Shown here one piece after another: positions 18,217 to 28,449 of a stretch of 64,000 nt of DNA (within the stretch, counting starts at the first letter, position 1; every line of letters begins with the position of its first letter). The stretch comes from Spirochaetia bacterium (lineage in GTDB: Bacteria > Spirochaetota > Spirochaetia > UBA9216). The notes under the pieces were generated by a model, which saw nothing but the letters and a program-made list of their open reading frames with translations, was not told the origin of the DNA and did no database searches. The stretch spans positions 2,656,001 to 2,720,000 of the forward strand of contig OY776510.1 in NCBI GenBank assembly GCA_963675665.1. Direction: 5' to 3'. Both the position numbers and the translations under genes were made by a program.

Positions 18217-18983
18217 ATATCAAAAGTGGTTAACAGTTTTATGTTTTTTTCAAAAAATGCGGTTTTATAACTGTCAATGTCACAGCGGTTTGTTACAACG
18301 CATGATATGCGTTCGAGAGGTGCTGCCTGGTACATCCCTATCCGATCAAATTTTTCATTATCAGCCAGAATGATAATTGTTTTTGAGATCCTGAATATGG
18401 AATTTAATAAATTTGCTTTATTAAGCGTGTCGCAGGTCAGTCCCGCTTTAAGGTCTATCCCGTCTACACTTATAAATGCCTTGTTGACGAAAATTTTATT
18501 CAAAGATTCCATCGAAGATGCATCCGAGGTGTAGGGTGTTCCATTAGTCTCCTTCAGTTCCCCGCCGAGCAGATAGGTCCTTTTTATTGAACTCATAAGT
18601 TCATTTGAAACGGCAACATTATTTGTAACTACGGAAATGTCTTTCAACCGTCTTAAATTCTGTGAAAAAATATAGCAGGTAGAGCCGGGGCCTATAAAAA
18701 TACTGTCGTCCTCTTCCACCAGGGTTAACGCAAGTTCCGCCAGTTTTGATTTTGCAGTATGGTTGGAAATACTTATTCGATTCGTGGTTTCCTGGTTATT
18801 GTTCTCACACAGAACAGCCCCGCCGTGAATTTTCATCAGAAATTTTTCTTTTTCAAGTTTGTCGAGATCTTTTCTTACAGTAACATCGCTGACGTTTAGA
18901 ATTGAGGTTAATGTTGAAATATCAACTGTCTTATTTTTTATTAAAAAATCTTTAATTATTTCGATGCGTTGCGCCGCAAACAT
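18213..18983 (-). CDS. DeoR/GlpR family transcriptional regulator
   Basis: VSDVTVRKDLDKLE...HGGA; IFIGPGSTC; LADNEKF. Confidence 0.9.
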   Translation of the reverse strand: MFAAQRIEIIKDFLIKNKTVDISTLTSILNVSDVTVRKDLDKLEKEKFLMKIHGGAVLCENNNQETTNRISISNHTAKSKLAELALTLVEEDDSIFIGPGSTCYIFSQNLRRLKDISVVTNNVAVSNELMSSIKRTYLLGGELKETNGTPYTSDASSMESLNKIFVNKAFISVDGIDLKAGLTCDTLNKANLLNSIFRISKTIIILADNEKFDRIGMYQAAPLERISCVVTNRCDIDSYKTAFFEKNIKLLTTFDI

Positions 18984-19067
18984 TTGTATTTCTCTCCTGT
19001 CGAAATCAGCTGATTATATCATGCTTTTTAAAAAAAACAAAATATTTAAAAAAATAACAAATAAAAT

Positions 19068-19095
19068 TTGACAATATTATTTTTAATGTTATACT
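19068..19095 (+). promoter_or_regulatory. Sigma70-type promoter of the kinase/ABC operon
   Basis: TTGACA (19068-19073), 16 nt, TATACT (19090-19095) with a TG extension; surrounded by AACAAA-type repeats. Confidence 0.6.
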
Positions 19096-19184
19096 AAATC
19101 CAACAAAAACGAAAAAAAAATAAAAATATCAAAGTTTATATAAGATTACGTAAACAAACGGAGAAAAACTGTAAAAGAGGGTAT

Positions 19185-20720
19185 ATGACAGATAAATATA
19201 TAATAGGGCTTGATTCAGGAACCTCCAGCATAAAAGCGGTTTTGTTTGATCTTGGGGGAAATGAAATCTGCAAGGAAAACCAGACTCTGAATGCAATACA
19301 GCCGGTTGAAAGCTGGTATGAAGAAGATTTTAATGAAATCTGGGATAAGGCAAAAAAATGTATCCGGAAGATTACGGCAAATTTTAAAAGTGAAGATATA
19401 ATCGGTATTGGAATTACGGCGCAGGGCGACGGGTTGTGGATGCTGGATTCGGAAGGGCTGGCGGTCAGAAACGGATGCTGCTTCTGCGACGGTCGTTCAT
19501 ACAGACAGCTTGAAAAATTAAATAATGACGGAATTACTGATGAGATTTTCAGGCTGACTGGAAGCACGATCTTTACCGGTAATCAAGGCTGTATTTTGAA
19601 ATGGATGGTTGAGAATGAGCCGGAAAGTCTTGATAAGGCCGAATATATTATGCATTTGAAAGATGCTTTGTTTTATAAATTGACCGGGGTTGTTTCAACC
19701 GATTCTACAGATCAGTCTCTTACCATAATTGATATGGAAAAAAGGGATTATAACGATCGGCTGTTTGAATTGTATGAACTGGAAAAATATAAAGATAAAT
19801 ATCCTGAAATAAAGAAAATTATTGAGAATAAATCCTGCATAAATCCGGCTGTCGCTGAAGAACTGGGACTGTCTCAAAAAACAGTTGTTACGTCCGGGCC
19901 GATGGATGTTGTTGCGTGTGCGGTAGGCGCAGGAGTTATAGGCAAGGGGCACGGGTGTTCAATTATCGGTTCAGCTGCACTTCATGAAATGGTGATTGAA
20001 AAACCATGTAATGATGATGCTTTTGCCGGCATGACTGTGACCCATGTTACTGATGATAAATGGTTAAGGTTAATGGCGTCTCTTGCGGCCACTCCCAATC
20101 TGGAATGGGTACTGAAAACTTTCGGTTCCGACGTCAGGAATGAAGCTGAAAGACAAAACAGAAACCTTTACGAATATGTTGAAGAAATGATAGCCGATGT
20201 TCCTGTCGGGGCAAACGGCGTTATCTATCATCCGTATATCCTTGCCGGGGGAGAAAGGGCCCCGTTTATTAACTCCAATGCAAAGGCAAGTTTTACCGGT
20301 ATAGGCATGAGCACTGTTTTGCCGGATATCATTCGTGCGTGCTATGAAGGGGTGGCATATGCAATGCTGGACTGTTACAGCCGTTTGTCGGAGGAAGTAA
20401 CCAGAATTACCGTTTGCGGAGGCGGGGCCTTAAGCAGTTTCTGGTGCCAGATGTTTGCCGATGCAGTAGGCATAAAGATAATCACTGTTAACGGCGAAGA
20501 GCTGGGGGCCAGAGGCGCGGCTCTCACAAATGCGGTGTCCCAGGGGTTGTTCCAGGATTTTAACGATGCAATTGCTAAAGTCGTTAAAACAGAAAACGAA
20601 TATATTCCTGATCCGGATAATCACATGAAATATTTAAGTTTTTATAAACTGTATAAAGAAACGTATGAAGCTCTGACCGGCAGTTGGAAGCTGCGTCATG
20701 AACTTCTGTTTTCAGAATAA
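19185..20720 (+). CDS. FGGY-family carbohydrate kinase (erythritol kinase/L-xylulokinase-like)
   Basis: IGLDSGTSSIKA, ITAQGDGLW, GPMDVVACA, GGERAPF, VCGGGA. Confidence 0.85.
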   Translation: MTDKYIIGLDSGTSSIKAVLFDLGGNEICKENQTLNAIQPVESWYEEDFNEIWDKAKKCIRKITANFKSEDIIGIGITAQGDGLWMLDSEGLAVRNGCCFCDGRSYRQLEKLNNDGITDEIFRLTGSTIFTGNQGCILKWMVENEPESLDKAEYIMHLKDALFYKLTGVVSTDSTDQSLTIIDMEKRDYNDRLFELYELEKYKDKYPEIKKIIENKSCINPAVAEELGLSQKTVVTSGPMDVVACAVGAGVIGKGHGCSIIGSAALHEMVIEKPCNDDAFAGMTVTHVTDDKWLRLMASLAATPNLEWVLKTFGSDVRNEAERQNRNLYEYVEEMIADVPVGANGVIYHPYILAGGERAPFINSNAKASFTGIGMSTVLPDIIRACYEGVAYAMLDCYSRLSEEVTRITVCGGGALSSFWCQMFADAVGIKIITVNGEELGARGAALTNAVSQGLFQDFNDAIAKVVKTENEYIPDPDNHMKYLSFYKLYKETYEALTGSWKLRHELLFSE

Positions 20721-20785
20721 AATCGGAGATTCTTTTTACTAATGTAAACCGGGGTTTATAACCCTAATTATAGGAGGAGGTTCTT

Positions 20786-21802
20786 ATGAAAAGAACTTTA
20801 AATGTTGTTTTGTTTTTAACTATTTGCGCATTACTTGTCAGTGTATTATGCGGATGCTCAGGTAGCAAATCGGAAGCTGCAGAGAGTGCTGCGGTATCGA
20901 ATGGAAGTGTTCAGGTTGCCGAAGGAATGCCTGAAGAGTTGAGGTTTGTTCTTGTCCCGAAGGTTGTTCATCCCTGGTATGATGCAGTTAAAAACGGTGC
21001 CGAAGAAGCAGCAGCTTTTCTGACCAGGACTACCGGAACAAAGGTTGTTATCGATTGGGCTGCTCCGGTTAAAGCTGATGTGGCTTTGCATACAAACACA
21101 ATTGAACAGGCTATTGCTACTAAACCTGACGGGCTGGCTATTGCGGTTCTGGATTCACAGGCGAACACTCCGCAGATCATAGAAGCACAGAAAAGGGGAA
21201 TTGCTACCCTGGTTTTTGATTCGCTTCCGCCCGACGGAACCAATGTTACCGCTATAGGTACGGATTATTACAAAGACGGTTATACACTTGGGAAAAAGCT
21301 TGCTGAAGATATGGGCGGAAAAGGTGATGTAGGATTGCTGCTTGGTTTCCCGACTGCGCCCAATCATAAACAGAGAGTTGACGGTATCAAGGATGCCCTG
21401 GCGGAATATCCCGGAATCAGGATAGTCGGAGAAGCCAACGACAACGACAGTATAGATGAAAGCGTTAAAGCTGCCGGTCAGCTTATTGCCGCCCACCCGT
21501 CAATAACAGGTATGGTCGGTCCCGATGCTGCTGCTCCTATCGGCATAGGCATCGCTATTAAAGAAGCAAACAAGGTTGGAACTATTAAGCTTGTAGGACT
21601 TGCGGATCTCGATGAGATTATTGAAGATGTAAGAAACGGTGTTGCGTCATGTACACTGGTCCATAGAACAAGGCAGATTGGCTGGTGGTTGACAATGTGT
21701 ATGTTCAGTGCGAACACAGGCGGAGATATGCCTTCATTTATTGATGCGGGTACATTTATGGTATACCCCGAAGATGTTGATACTTTTAAAGCTAATTTAT
21801 AA
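20786..21802 (+). CDS. Sugar ABC transporter substrate-binding lipoprotein (RbsB/LsrB-like)
   Basis: SD aggagg; lipobox LCGC; LVPKVVHPWY; type I periplasmic binding fold motifs. Confidence 0.88.
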   Translation: MKRTLNVVLFLTICALLVSVLCGCSGSKSEAAESAAVSNGSVQVAEGMPEELRFVLVPKVVHPWYDAVKNGAEEAAAFLTRTTGTKVVIDWAAPVKADVALHTNTIEQAIATKPDGLAIAVLDSQANTPQIIEAQKRGIATLVFDSLPPDGTNVTAIGTDYYKDGYTLGKKLAEDMGGKGDVGLLLGFPTAPNHKQRVDGIKDALAEYPGIRIVGEANDNDSIDESVKAAGQLIAAHPSITGMVGPDAAAPIGIGIAIKEANKVGTIKLVGLADLDEIIEDVRNGVASCTLVHRTRQIGWWLTMCMFSANTGGDMPSFIDAGTFMVYPEDVDTFKANL

Positions 21803-21822
21803 GACATAGGAAATTAAATGTC

Positions 21823-21853
21823 ATAATGCATGTTCCGAAAGGGCATGCATTAT
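21823..21853 (+). other. Intercistronic stem-loop after the binding-protein gene (mRNA stabiliser or attenuator)
   Basis: ataatgcatgttcc-gaaa-gggcatgcattat. Confidence 0.55.
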
Positions 21854-21895
21854 TTCATTATCCCCAAAAAAAATGAAATTATCAAGGAATCCTTA

Positions 21896-23413
21896 ATGAG
21901 AGATGTAGCGCTTTCTGTGAGAGATGTTTATAAATCATTTAGCAATGTTGAAGTTTTGAAGGGGACTAAAATAGATGTGAAAGCCGGGACTGTTCATGCG
22001 CTTGTCGGAGAGAACGGGGCCGGAAAGAGTACCCTGATCAAGATTGTCACCGGAGTTTACACAAAAGACAGCGGCGATGTTTATATTAATAATGAAGAAG
22101 GCTATTTTGATTTAATGAGGGATAAAATTGCCTATGTCCCGCAGGAACTGACGCTTTTCCCGCAATTGACTGTAGCCGAAAATATTTATGTTGACGAAGA
22201 ACCCTTGACAAAGACGAAAAGATTTATAGATTTCTCTAAAATGAATAATATGGCAAGGAAGATCCTGCATGAGCTCAATGTTGAAACAGCTCCCGACACG
22301 GTTCTTTCGGATTTGAGCGTTGCAAATCAGCAGATGGTACAGATAGCACGCGCCATAGCCAAGAAATTCGATGTACTGATTCTTGATGAGCCGACAGCTT
22401 CCATAACTGTGGTTGAAACACAGAAACTTTTTGAAATAGTAAAACAACTGCGCAGGCAGGGTAAAGCCATAGTCCTTATCACCCATAAACTGGATGAGGT
22501 CCAGGAGATATGTGATGATATAACAATCCTCAGGGACGGTATTTCTCTTGGAACCTGGGCTGTTAAGGATATTTCGAGAGACGAAATAGTAAGGCAGATG
22601 GCGGGCGGCAAATTAATAAAATACAAGTCGCCAAACCGGGAAGCAGATCCTGATAACGTAATAATGGAAGTCAAATCGATTTCAGGATACGGTTTTTATA
22701 ATGTTAGTTTTAAATTAAGAAAAGGCGAGATCCTCGGAATGGCCGGACTGGTCGGTTCAGGTCGAACTGAAACCGCTGAAGCGATTTACGGAGGGACAAA
22801 AATACTCAAGGGTGAAGTTTTATTAAACGGTATCGGTCTGAAAAATAAAACGCCGACCCAGGGTGTTAATAACGGAATTATTTATTTTACCGAAGAAAGA
22901 AAAACAAAGGGGATTTTCCCCAATTTAAGCGTTAATGAAAATATTATGATCCCAATAATAAAGAATTATAAAAATGGAATATTTATATCTGAAGAAAAGC
23001 TGGAAAGCAAATCTGCAGAGCTTGCTTCTGAGTATAATGTCAAAGCTGCGTCTTTAAAGGATGAAATGTGTCATTTAAGCGGAGGCAATCAGCAGAAAGC
23101 TTTGTTGGCAAGGGCTGTAGCAATGAAACCGAAAGTTATAATCCTTGATGAACCTACAAGGGGAATAGATGTTAACGCACGTGCGGAAATATATGATAAA
23201 ATCGATGAACTCATTAAAATGGGGATTGGAATTATTGTAATTTCATCGGAAATGGAAGAATTACAGAAGATTACGGACAGAATTCTTGTTTTTCATGGCG
23301 GTACCGTCAGCGCTGAAGTTAAAACGACAGAGGCAAATAATGAAAATCTGTTACGTTACGCCATGGGTTTTAACGATGAACAGGATATTCATAGTATACA
23401 AAATTTAAACTAA
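21896..23413 (+). CDS. Sugar ABC transporter ATP-binding protein (RbsA-like)
   Basis: GENGAGKST, DEPT, LSGGNQQK and DEPTRGID all intact. Confidence 0.92.
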   Translation: MRDVALSVRDVYKSFSNVEVLKGTKIDVKAGTVHALVGENGAGKSTLIKIVTGVYTKDSGDVYINNEEGYFDLMRDKIAYVPQELTLFPQLTVAENIYVDEEPLTKTKRFIDFSKMNNMARKILHELNVETAPDTVLSDLSVANQQMVQIARAIAKKFDVLILDEPTASITVVETQKLFEIVKQLRRQGKAIVLITHKLDEVQEICDDITILRDGISLGTWAVKDISRDEIVRQMAGGKLIKYKSPNREADPDNVIMEVKSISGYGFYNVSFKLRKGEILGMAGLVGSGRTETAEAIYGGTKILKGEVLLNGIGLKNKTPTQGVNNGIIYFTEERKTKGIFPNLSVNENIMIPIIKNYKNGIFISEEKLESKSAELASEYNVKAASLKDEMCHLSGGNQQKALLARAVAMKPKVIILDEPTRGIDVNARAEIYDKIDELIKMGIGIIVISSEMEELQKITDRILVFHGGTVSAEVKTTEANNENLLRYAMGFNDEQDIHSIQNLN

Positions 23414-23427
23414 TTGAGGTGTGCAAG

Positions 23428-24429
23428 ATGACCATCAAAAATGAGGGCATGATAGGGCTTTTTAAAAAAATAAGGAATTTCAAGGAAAGCGGAATACTGT
23501 TGGTTTTGTTGGGGATGTATGTTATCGTCAGCCTGTTGTCTCCGCATTTCTGTTCAATTTATAATTTTGCTGTTCTTCTGAAGGCTGTGACATATCTTTG
23601 TTTTATAGCGCTCGCTCAGCATATTGTGTTGTTGCTTGGAGATATTGATTTATCAGTTGGAGCTATTGCTGCTTTCAGCGGTGTTATTACCGGGTTTGCG
23701 ATGGGGCAGTTCGGAATTCCTATTGTTCCTTCAATAATAATAGGTTTGCTTATCGGTACGCTCTGCGGATTAATCAACGGTCTGATTGTAACGATGTTGA
23801 GAGTAAATGCATTGATAGCAACTCTCGGCACCCAGGGGATTTATGTAGGACTGACGCTTGTTATAACAAAGGGGTCCGCCGTAATGGGTTTGCCGAAAGG
23901 ATTTTTCTTTATGGGCCAGAAGGTCTTTCTGGATTTTATCCCCCTTGTATTTCTTATCATGATTGGGGCCCTGATTATTCTTACAGTAATTTTAAGGAAA
24001 ACTCCGTACGGAAGACATATTTTTGCAGTCGGCAGTAATAAAGAGGCCGCCAGAGTTGTCGGACTTCAGGTAAATAAGGTAAAAATCAAGGCATTTATGA
24101 TGTCCGGGTTACTGTGTAGTATGGCAGGTATTCTTATGGTATCAAGACTAACCTCCGCGCAGCCGTCGATCGGCGACGGCTGGCTCATGCCTTCAGTTGC
24201 CGCATGCGTACTGGGAGGAACCCCACTGACCGGAGGAGAAGGCTCAACCCTGGGGGTTTTAATTGGCGTCGGAATACTGAGTATCATAGATAACGCGATT
24301 GTTGTTCTGGGTATTTCACCCTACTGGCAGACATTTGTAAGCGGGTTGGTTGTTGTTATCGCCGTAGCTGTTGATTCGATGAGGCAGAGAAGCTCGTTGA
24401 AGAAAAAAGTACATACTGAAAAGGCATAA
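23428..24429 (+). CDS. Sugar ABC transporter permease (RbsC-like)
   Basis: IDLSVGA, GRHIFAVGSNKEAA, LGGTPLTGGEG. Confidence 0.92.
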   Translation: MTIKNEGMIGLFKKIRNFKESGILLVLLGMYVIVSLLSPHFCSIYNFAVLLKAVTYLCFIALAQHIVLLLGDIDLSVGAIAAFSGVITGFAMGQFGIPIVPSIIIGLLIGTLCGLINGLIVTMLRVNALIATLGTQGIYVGLTLVITKGSAVMGLPKGFFFMGQKVFLDFIPLVFLIMIGALIILTVILRKTPYGRHIFAVGSNKEAARVVGLQVNKVKIKAFMMSGLLCSMAGILMVSRLTSAQPSIGDGWLMPSVAACVLGGTPLTGGEGSTLGVLIGVGILSIIDNAIVVLGISPYWQTFVSGLVVVIAVAVDSMRQRSSLKKKVHTEKA

Positions 24430-24449
24430 TAATAATCGGGGAGAAAAAA

Positions 24450-24797
24450 ATGATTTGCAGAAAAGGTGAGCATCGCATTGAAATAAGAGAGAATGCACGG
24501 GGCGGAAACGGAAAAGTCGAGATCAGTCATTTATTCGAACCCGAACAGACAAAAAATAAAACGCGAATGTTTTCATTTGTTACCCTGGAGCCAGGAGCCT
24601 CGCTGGGATATCATGTTCATGTGAATGAAATGGAGTATTTTTATATTCTGAAAGGAGCTGCAAAGGTCAATGACAACGGAACGGAATATACCCTTTTTCC
24701 CGGAGATACAATGTTTACGGATGAAGGCGAAGGGCATTATATGGAAGCCTGTGAAGGTGGGCCCATGGAATATCTTGCAGTAATAATAAAAAGATAA
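24450..24797 (+). CDS. Cupin domain protein
   Basis: LEPGASLGYHVHVNEMEYFYILKG...GEGH. Confidence 0.88.
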   Translation: MICRKGEHRIEIRENARGGNGKVEISHLFEPEQTKNKTRMFSFVTLEPGASLGYHVHVNEMEYFYILKGAAKVNDNGTEYTLFPGDTMFTDEGEGHYMEACEGGPMEYLAVIIKR

Positions 24798-24852
24798 TTC
24801 TGCAAGTACAGGGAGGCAACTGCCGTCCGGGCTGTTGCTTCTGTTTTTCTGT

Positions 24853-26619
24853 CTATAAAGTATGGGGGCTGTTCCACACCTCAACACGGTTGCGGCCGCG
24901 TTCTTTTGCAAGATACAGAGCCTGGTCCGCATTTTTGGAAAGCTTTTTAAGACTGATTGATTCGCCGTCTCTGTTTGTGGATATGCCGATGCTGATTGTT
25001 ACGCGTATGGTTTTGTCTTTTATCTGAATATCTTTTTCTGAAAAAGCCTTTCGTATTCTGTCGGCTATACGGCGTGCTTCTTCTGCGGTTGTTTCAGGCA
25101 GCATAAGCGCAAATTCTTCGCCGCCCATGCGGGCAAAGATATCGCCCTTTCTTATACTGTTTTTAAACTCGGAAGCAACCAGTTTTAGTACAAGATCTCC
25201 GGTATCATGTCCGTATGTATCGTTAACTGCTTTGAAGAAATCAAGGTCCATAAAAAGCAGGCTGAGGGTTTTTCCGCTTTTTTCAGACTTTTCAAAGATG
25301 TTCTCCGTCAGTTCATTGAAGCGCCGCCGGTTAAAAACCTGGGTCAGTTCGTCTACATTAGCTATTCTGAAAGCGTTGGAAAAGCGGGCCGACAGAATAT
25401 AGGATTGAATAAACACAAATACAAGCATTCCGTACGGAGTAAGTGTGCTCATCGGATGAAAAGAACTTGAATATTGTCCGTACAGAATGTCATTGATGGT
25501 GGTAACCAGAACGATCGCGGTTCCAGTAACAACAAGGATTGCTCCATCCATTTTTTTTATAATTGCCTTTATCAGACCTGATAGCAGGTAAACTGCTGCA
25601 GAAACAATCAGAATCTGGGCAAAAGGTTCGGTTTTCACGTAAAATGACTGGTTGGTAACAAGCACCATGATGACGCTGATAAATCCTGTAAACAGCAGGA
25701 GTTTGATAATCCTTTTATGGTAAACGTCGGGATAAAGCGAATACAGAAAAGCAGTGAAAACCGGCATCAGAAGATAATACCCGGCGACCACAGTTCTTAC
25801 CCAGGCATCCCAACCGGCGCCCGGAAAAAGCGTGACAAAAAACATCTCGTTTGTTACAAGTACTCTTGAATCCATTATCAGGCATAAAAGACCGAAAAAA
25901 AGAGTTGAGCAATCCTCGCGTCTCAGGCTGAACAGTCCCAGATGGTACAGCCCCATAATAAGAAGGCTGCCGAAAAGAATGTAATTTAAAATAATGGTCC
26001 GCTCTCTCTGCTCATGAAGCATCGGTGCCGGGCCAAACTCAATCGCGGTGCTTAACCCGCCGCTTTTATAGCTGAAATTGGCCACTTGCAGGATTACCTC
26101 AAGCGAGTCCCTGTCCGCTCGAAAAGCGGTTACATGCGGTCTGAACATGGGAACAAAACCCTCTTTGGAATCAGAAACACTGCCGCATGAGGTTATTTCT
26201 CTGCCGTTTATCCATAGCCGGTATGCGGTAAAAATCTCCTTCATTTTGACGGCATACAGGATGTCGGTTTTGTCAATTTTAATATTAAGGCGGTAAGTTG
26301 CGCATCCGAATGCCGGAAGTGTCTTTTCATACCATTCACCGGTATTCCATGAAGAAGGAACAGTCATCATTTTTACTTCATTATTTTCACTGTTCAGAAC
26401 CGAAAAATCTTCGGAATAAAGAAGATTATTCCAGTAGAATTCCCATTCTCCGTTCAGCCTTACAGGCCCTTCAAGTTCAAAGTCATACCCCTGTAAATCC
26501 AGAACCCCGTTTTGTATATCCGAATGCGGGGCTGCGGTATTGTTAAAGCTGCAGCCGACAACAAGTAATATAACAAGAACGATAAAAGTGATTTTTAAAA
26601 GGTATCTTCCAGCCTTCAT
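24853..26619 (-). CDS. Diguanylate cyclase with an extracellular sugar-binding-like domain and 7TM-DISM membrane region
   Basis: LNGEWEFYW...VPSSWN, 7 TM segments, RKGDIFARMGGEEF; start 26619 follows SD agagga. Confidence 0.88.
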   Translation of the reverse strand: MKAGRYLLKITFIVLVILLVVGCSFNNTAAPHSDIQNGVLDLQGYDFELEGPVRLNGEWEFYWNNLLYSEDFSVLNSENNEVKMMTVPSSWNTGEWYEKTLPAFGCATYRLNIKIDKTDILYAVKMKEIFTAYRLWINGREITSCGSVSDSKEGFVPMFRPHVTAFRADRDSLEVILQVANFSYKSGGLSTAIEFGPAPMLHEQRERTIILNYILFGSLLIMGLYHLGLFSLRREDCSTLFFGLLCLIMDSRVLVTNEMFFVTLFPGAGWDAWVRTVVAGYYLLMPVFTAFLYSLYPDVYHKRIIKLLLFTGFISVIMVLVTNQSFYVKTEPFAQILIVSAAVYLLSGLIKAIIKKMDGAILVVTGTAIVLVTTINDILYGQYSSSFHPMSTLTPYGMLVFVFIQSYILSARFSNAFRIANVDELTQVFNRRRFNELTENIFEKSEKSGKTLSLLFMDLDFFKAVNDTYGHDTGDLVLKLVASEFKNSIRKGDIFARMGGEEFALMLPETTAEEARRIADRIRKAFSEKDIQIKDKTIRVTISIGISTNRDGESISLKKLSKNADQALYLAKERGRNRVEVWNSPHTL

Positions 26620-26714
26620 GAATCCTCTATGTGTTACAATGTGTGTTAAATCAAGTATAGTAAAAATAAAAGTATTTTCAAAATTCATTTTAATAAAAAT
26701 TATACGAGAAAGGC

Positions 26715-28268
26715 TCATCGTCCGTAACGGCATATCCTGTTTCTGCCGAGTTTTTTGGCTTTGTACATTGCTGTATCTGCCTGCTGAAGGCTTTTTTCAA
26801 GAGTGTTGCCGTTACCCGGTATAAAAGAACTTATATCGAAACTGGCGGTAATGTGAATTGTATTTTTATTATGGCAAACAGGTGTTTTTTCAATAGCTTT
26901 TCTCAATCTTTCTACCGGTCCCTGGCTCTGATCGGGGGTTGTATCCCGGTAAAGCATAACAAACTCTTCTCCGCCGTATCGGGCATATAAATCTCCGGCT
27001 CTTGTGTTTTCATCTAAAAGCCGGCCTATAATTTTAAGAGCTTCATCTCCGGCACTGTGGCCGTATTTATCGTTTATGGATTTAAAATGATCAAGATCAA
27101 AAATTATTAATGAAAAAAAGCTGTTGTAGCGATTTACCCGCGACACTTCCATGGACGCCAGTTTCATAAAGTGTCGCCTGTTGAAAAGGCCTGTCAGACT
27201 GTCGAAAGAAGCAAGCTTTTCAAGTTTTCTGACATGTGAATGTAATTCGGTAATATCATGCAGAATATAGAGGACACCAAGTTTTCCATAAAAATTATGT
27301 TCTATATCAGATCTTGATGCTTTAAAAATGTGCTGAACCTGATTAACAGGCAGGCTGATCTCTGCAGTATCGTCAATATCCCTGATCTTTTCCCAGAGCC
27401 GGAACTCCAGGATTTCAAGAGGGCTTCCGTAGCTGTCTCCGTTGCACGCAGGGAAAATTGAAGATGCAGATCGGTTGCATTCCGTTAGGCGGTTTTTATT
27501 GTCCAGAACAAGAACCGCATCTTCTATGGCATTCAATACCATATTGCTTGCTATTGGGAACAGATCGAATAATTGGATTTTGAACATACCCCAAAAGAGA
27601 AGCATACCGGATAGTGTAAAAGCGATGGGTACAATATCAAGTTTGTACGGAATTATCTGTGCCAGTAACAGAACATGGGCAAAAGACGGCAAAAGCGCTG
27701 CAGTTATTAATAACATAAACTGTCCCCTGAATTTTCCCCTTGCATTTAATGTATTATAGATCATCCGCAATGTTCCGGCTGAATGTAAAATAATAAGCAG
27801 GGTGTTTGCAATCCAGAAAAGGGGAGCCCGCTGAAACTGGGTTATGGTAATCGTTGGAAGCCCGCTCAACAGGGTGATATCACTGTAAATAAGGCGGTGA
27901 ACGGGATTAGTCCAGACAAGAACAATAATGCCTGCCGGAATCAGCCATAAATAATTCAGTCCTTTATTTGTTTTTCTGTCTTTTTCCATGTTTCGGGGGT
28001 TATAGGAACATGCAAGAAAAATCCACAGCACCGGAATAGAGGACAGGCCTATATATTCAAAATTAAGACACATTATTACTGAAGCCAAATCAGGCATGTT
28101 GATTTCAAGAAGATAACCTGTTGCATAGACAGTATTGGCAAACATCAGTGCGGAATAATACCGCAGGGGGCGTGATTTTTTTCTTTTGGTATAGGCGTAA
28201 ACTGCTAATACTGTAGAGCCGGCAGCTGAAAGCAAAGTAATTATCTTAAATATTATAACAAATTGCAT
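26715..28268 (-). CDS. Diguanylate cyclase with HisKA_7TM and PAS domains
   Basis: N-terminal TM bundle, PAS ending HDIT, DLDHFKSINDKYGH...RYGGEEF. Confidence 0.88.
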   Translation of the reverse strand: MQFVIIFKIITLLSAAGSTVLAVYAYTKRKKSRPLRYYSALMFANTVYATGYLLEINMPDLASVIMCLNFEYIGLSSIPVLWIFLACSYNPRNMEKDRKTNKGLNYLWLIPAGIIVLVWTNPVHRLIYSDITLLSGLPTITITQFQRAPLFWIANTLLIILHSAGTLRMIYNTLNARGKFRGQFMLLITAALLPSFAHVLLLAQIIPYKLDIVPIAFTLSGMLLFWGMFKIQLFDLFPIASNMVLNAIEDAVLVLDNKNRLTECNRSASSIFPACNGDSYGSPLEILEFRLWEKIRDIDDTAEISLPVNQVQHIFKASRSDIEHNFYGKLGVLYILHDITELHSHVRKLEKLASFDSLTGLFNRRHFMKLASMEVSRVNRYNSFFSLIIFDLDHFKSINDKYGHSAGDEALKIIGRLLDENTRAGDLYARYGGEEFVMLYRDTTPDQSQGPVERLRKAIEKTPVCHNKNTIHITASFDISSFIPGNGNTLEKSLQQADTAMYKAKKLGRNRICRYGR

Positions 28269-28449
28269 TAAGCACTGACCCCGACAATTAAATGAAACAA
28301 ATTATACAGCTACTACTTTATTCAATAATAAAAAAGAATACAATCAAAAAAAAGATTTTGCAGTATAAACTGCAGTAAAGAACAGTGTTATTTAGGGACA
28401 GTAACTTTTTTTACTTTACAGCAGTTGATTTCGATTTTAGTATTACGTT

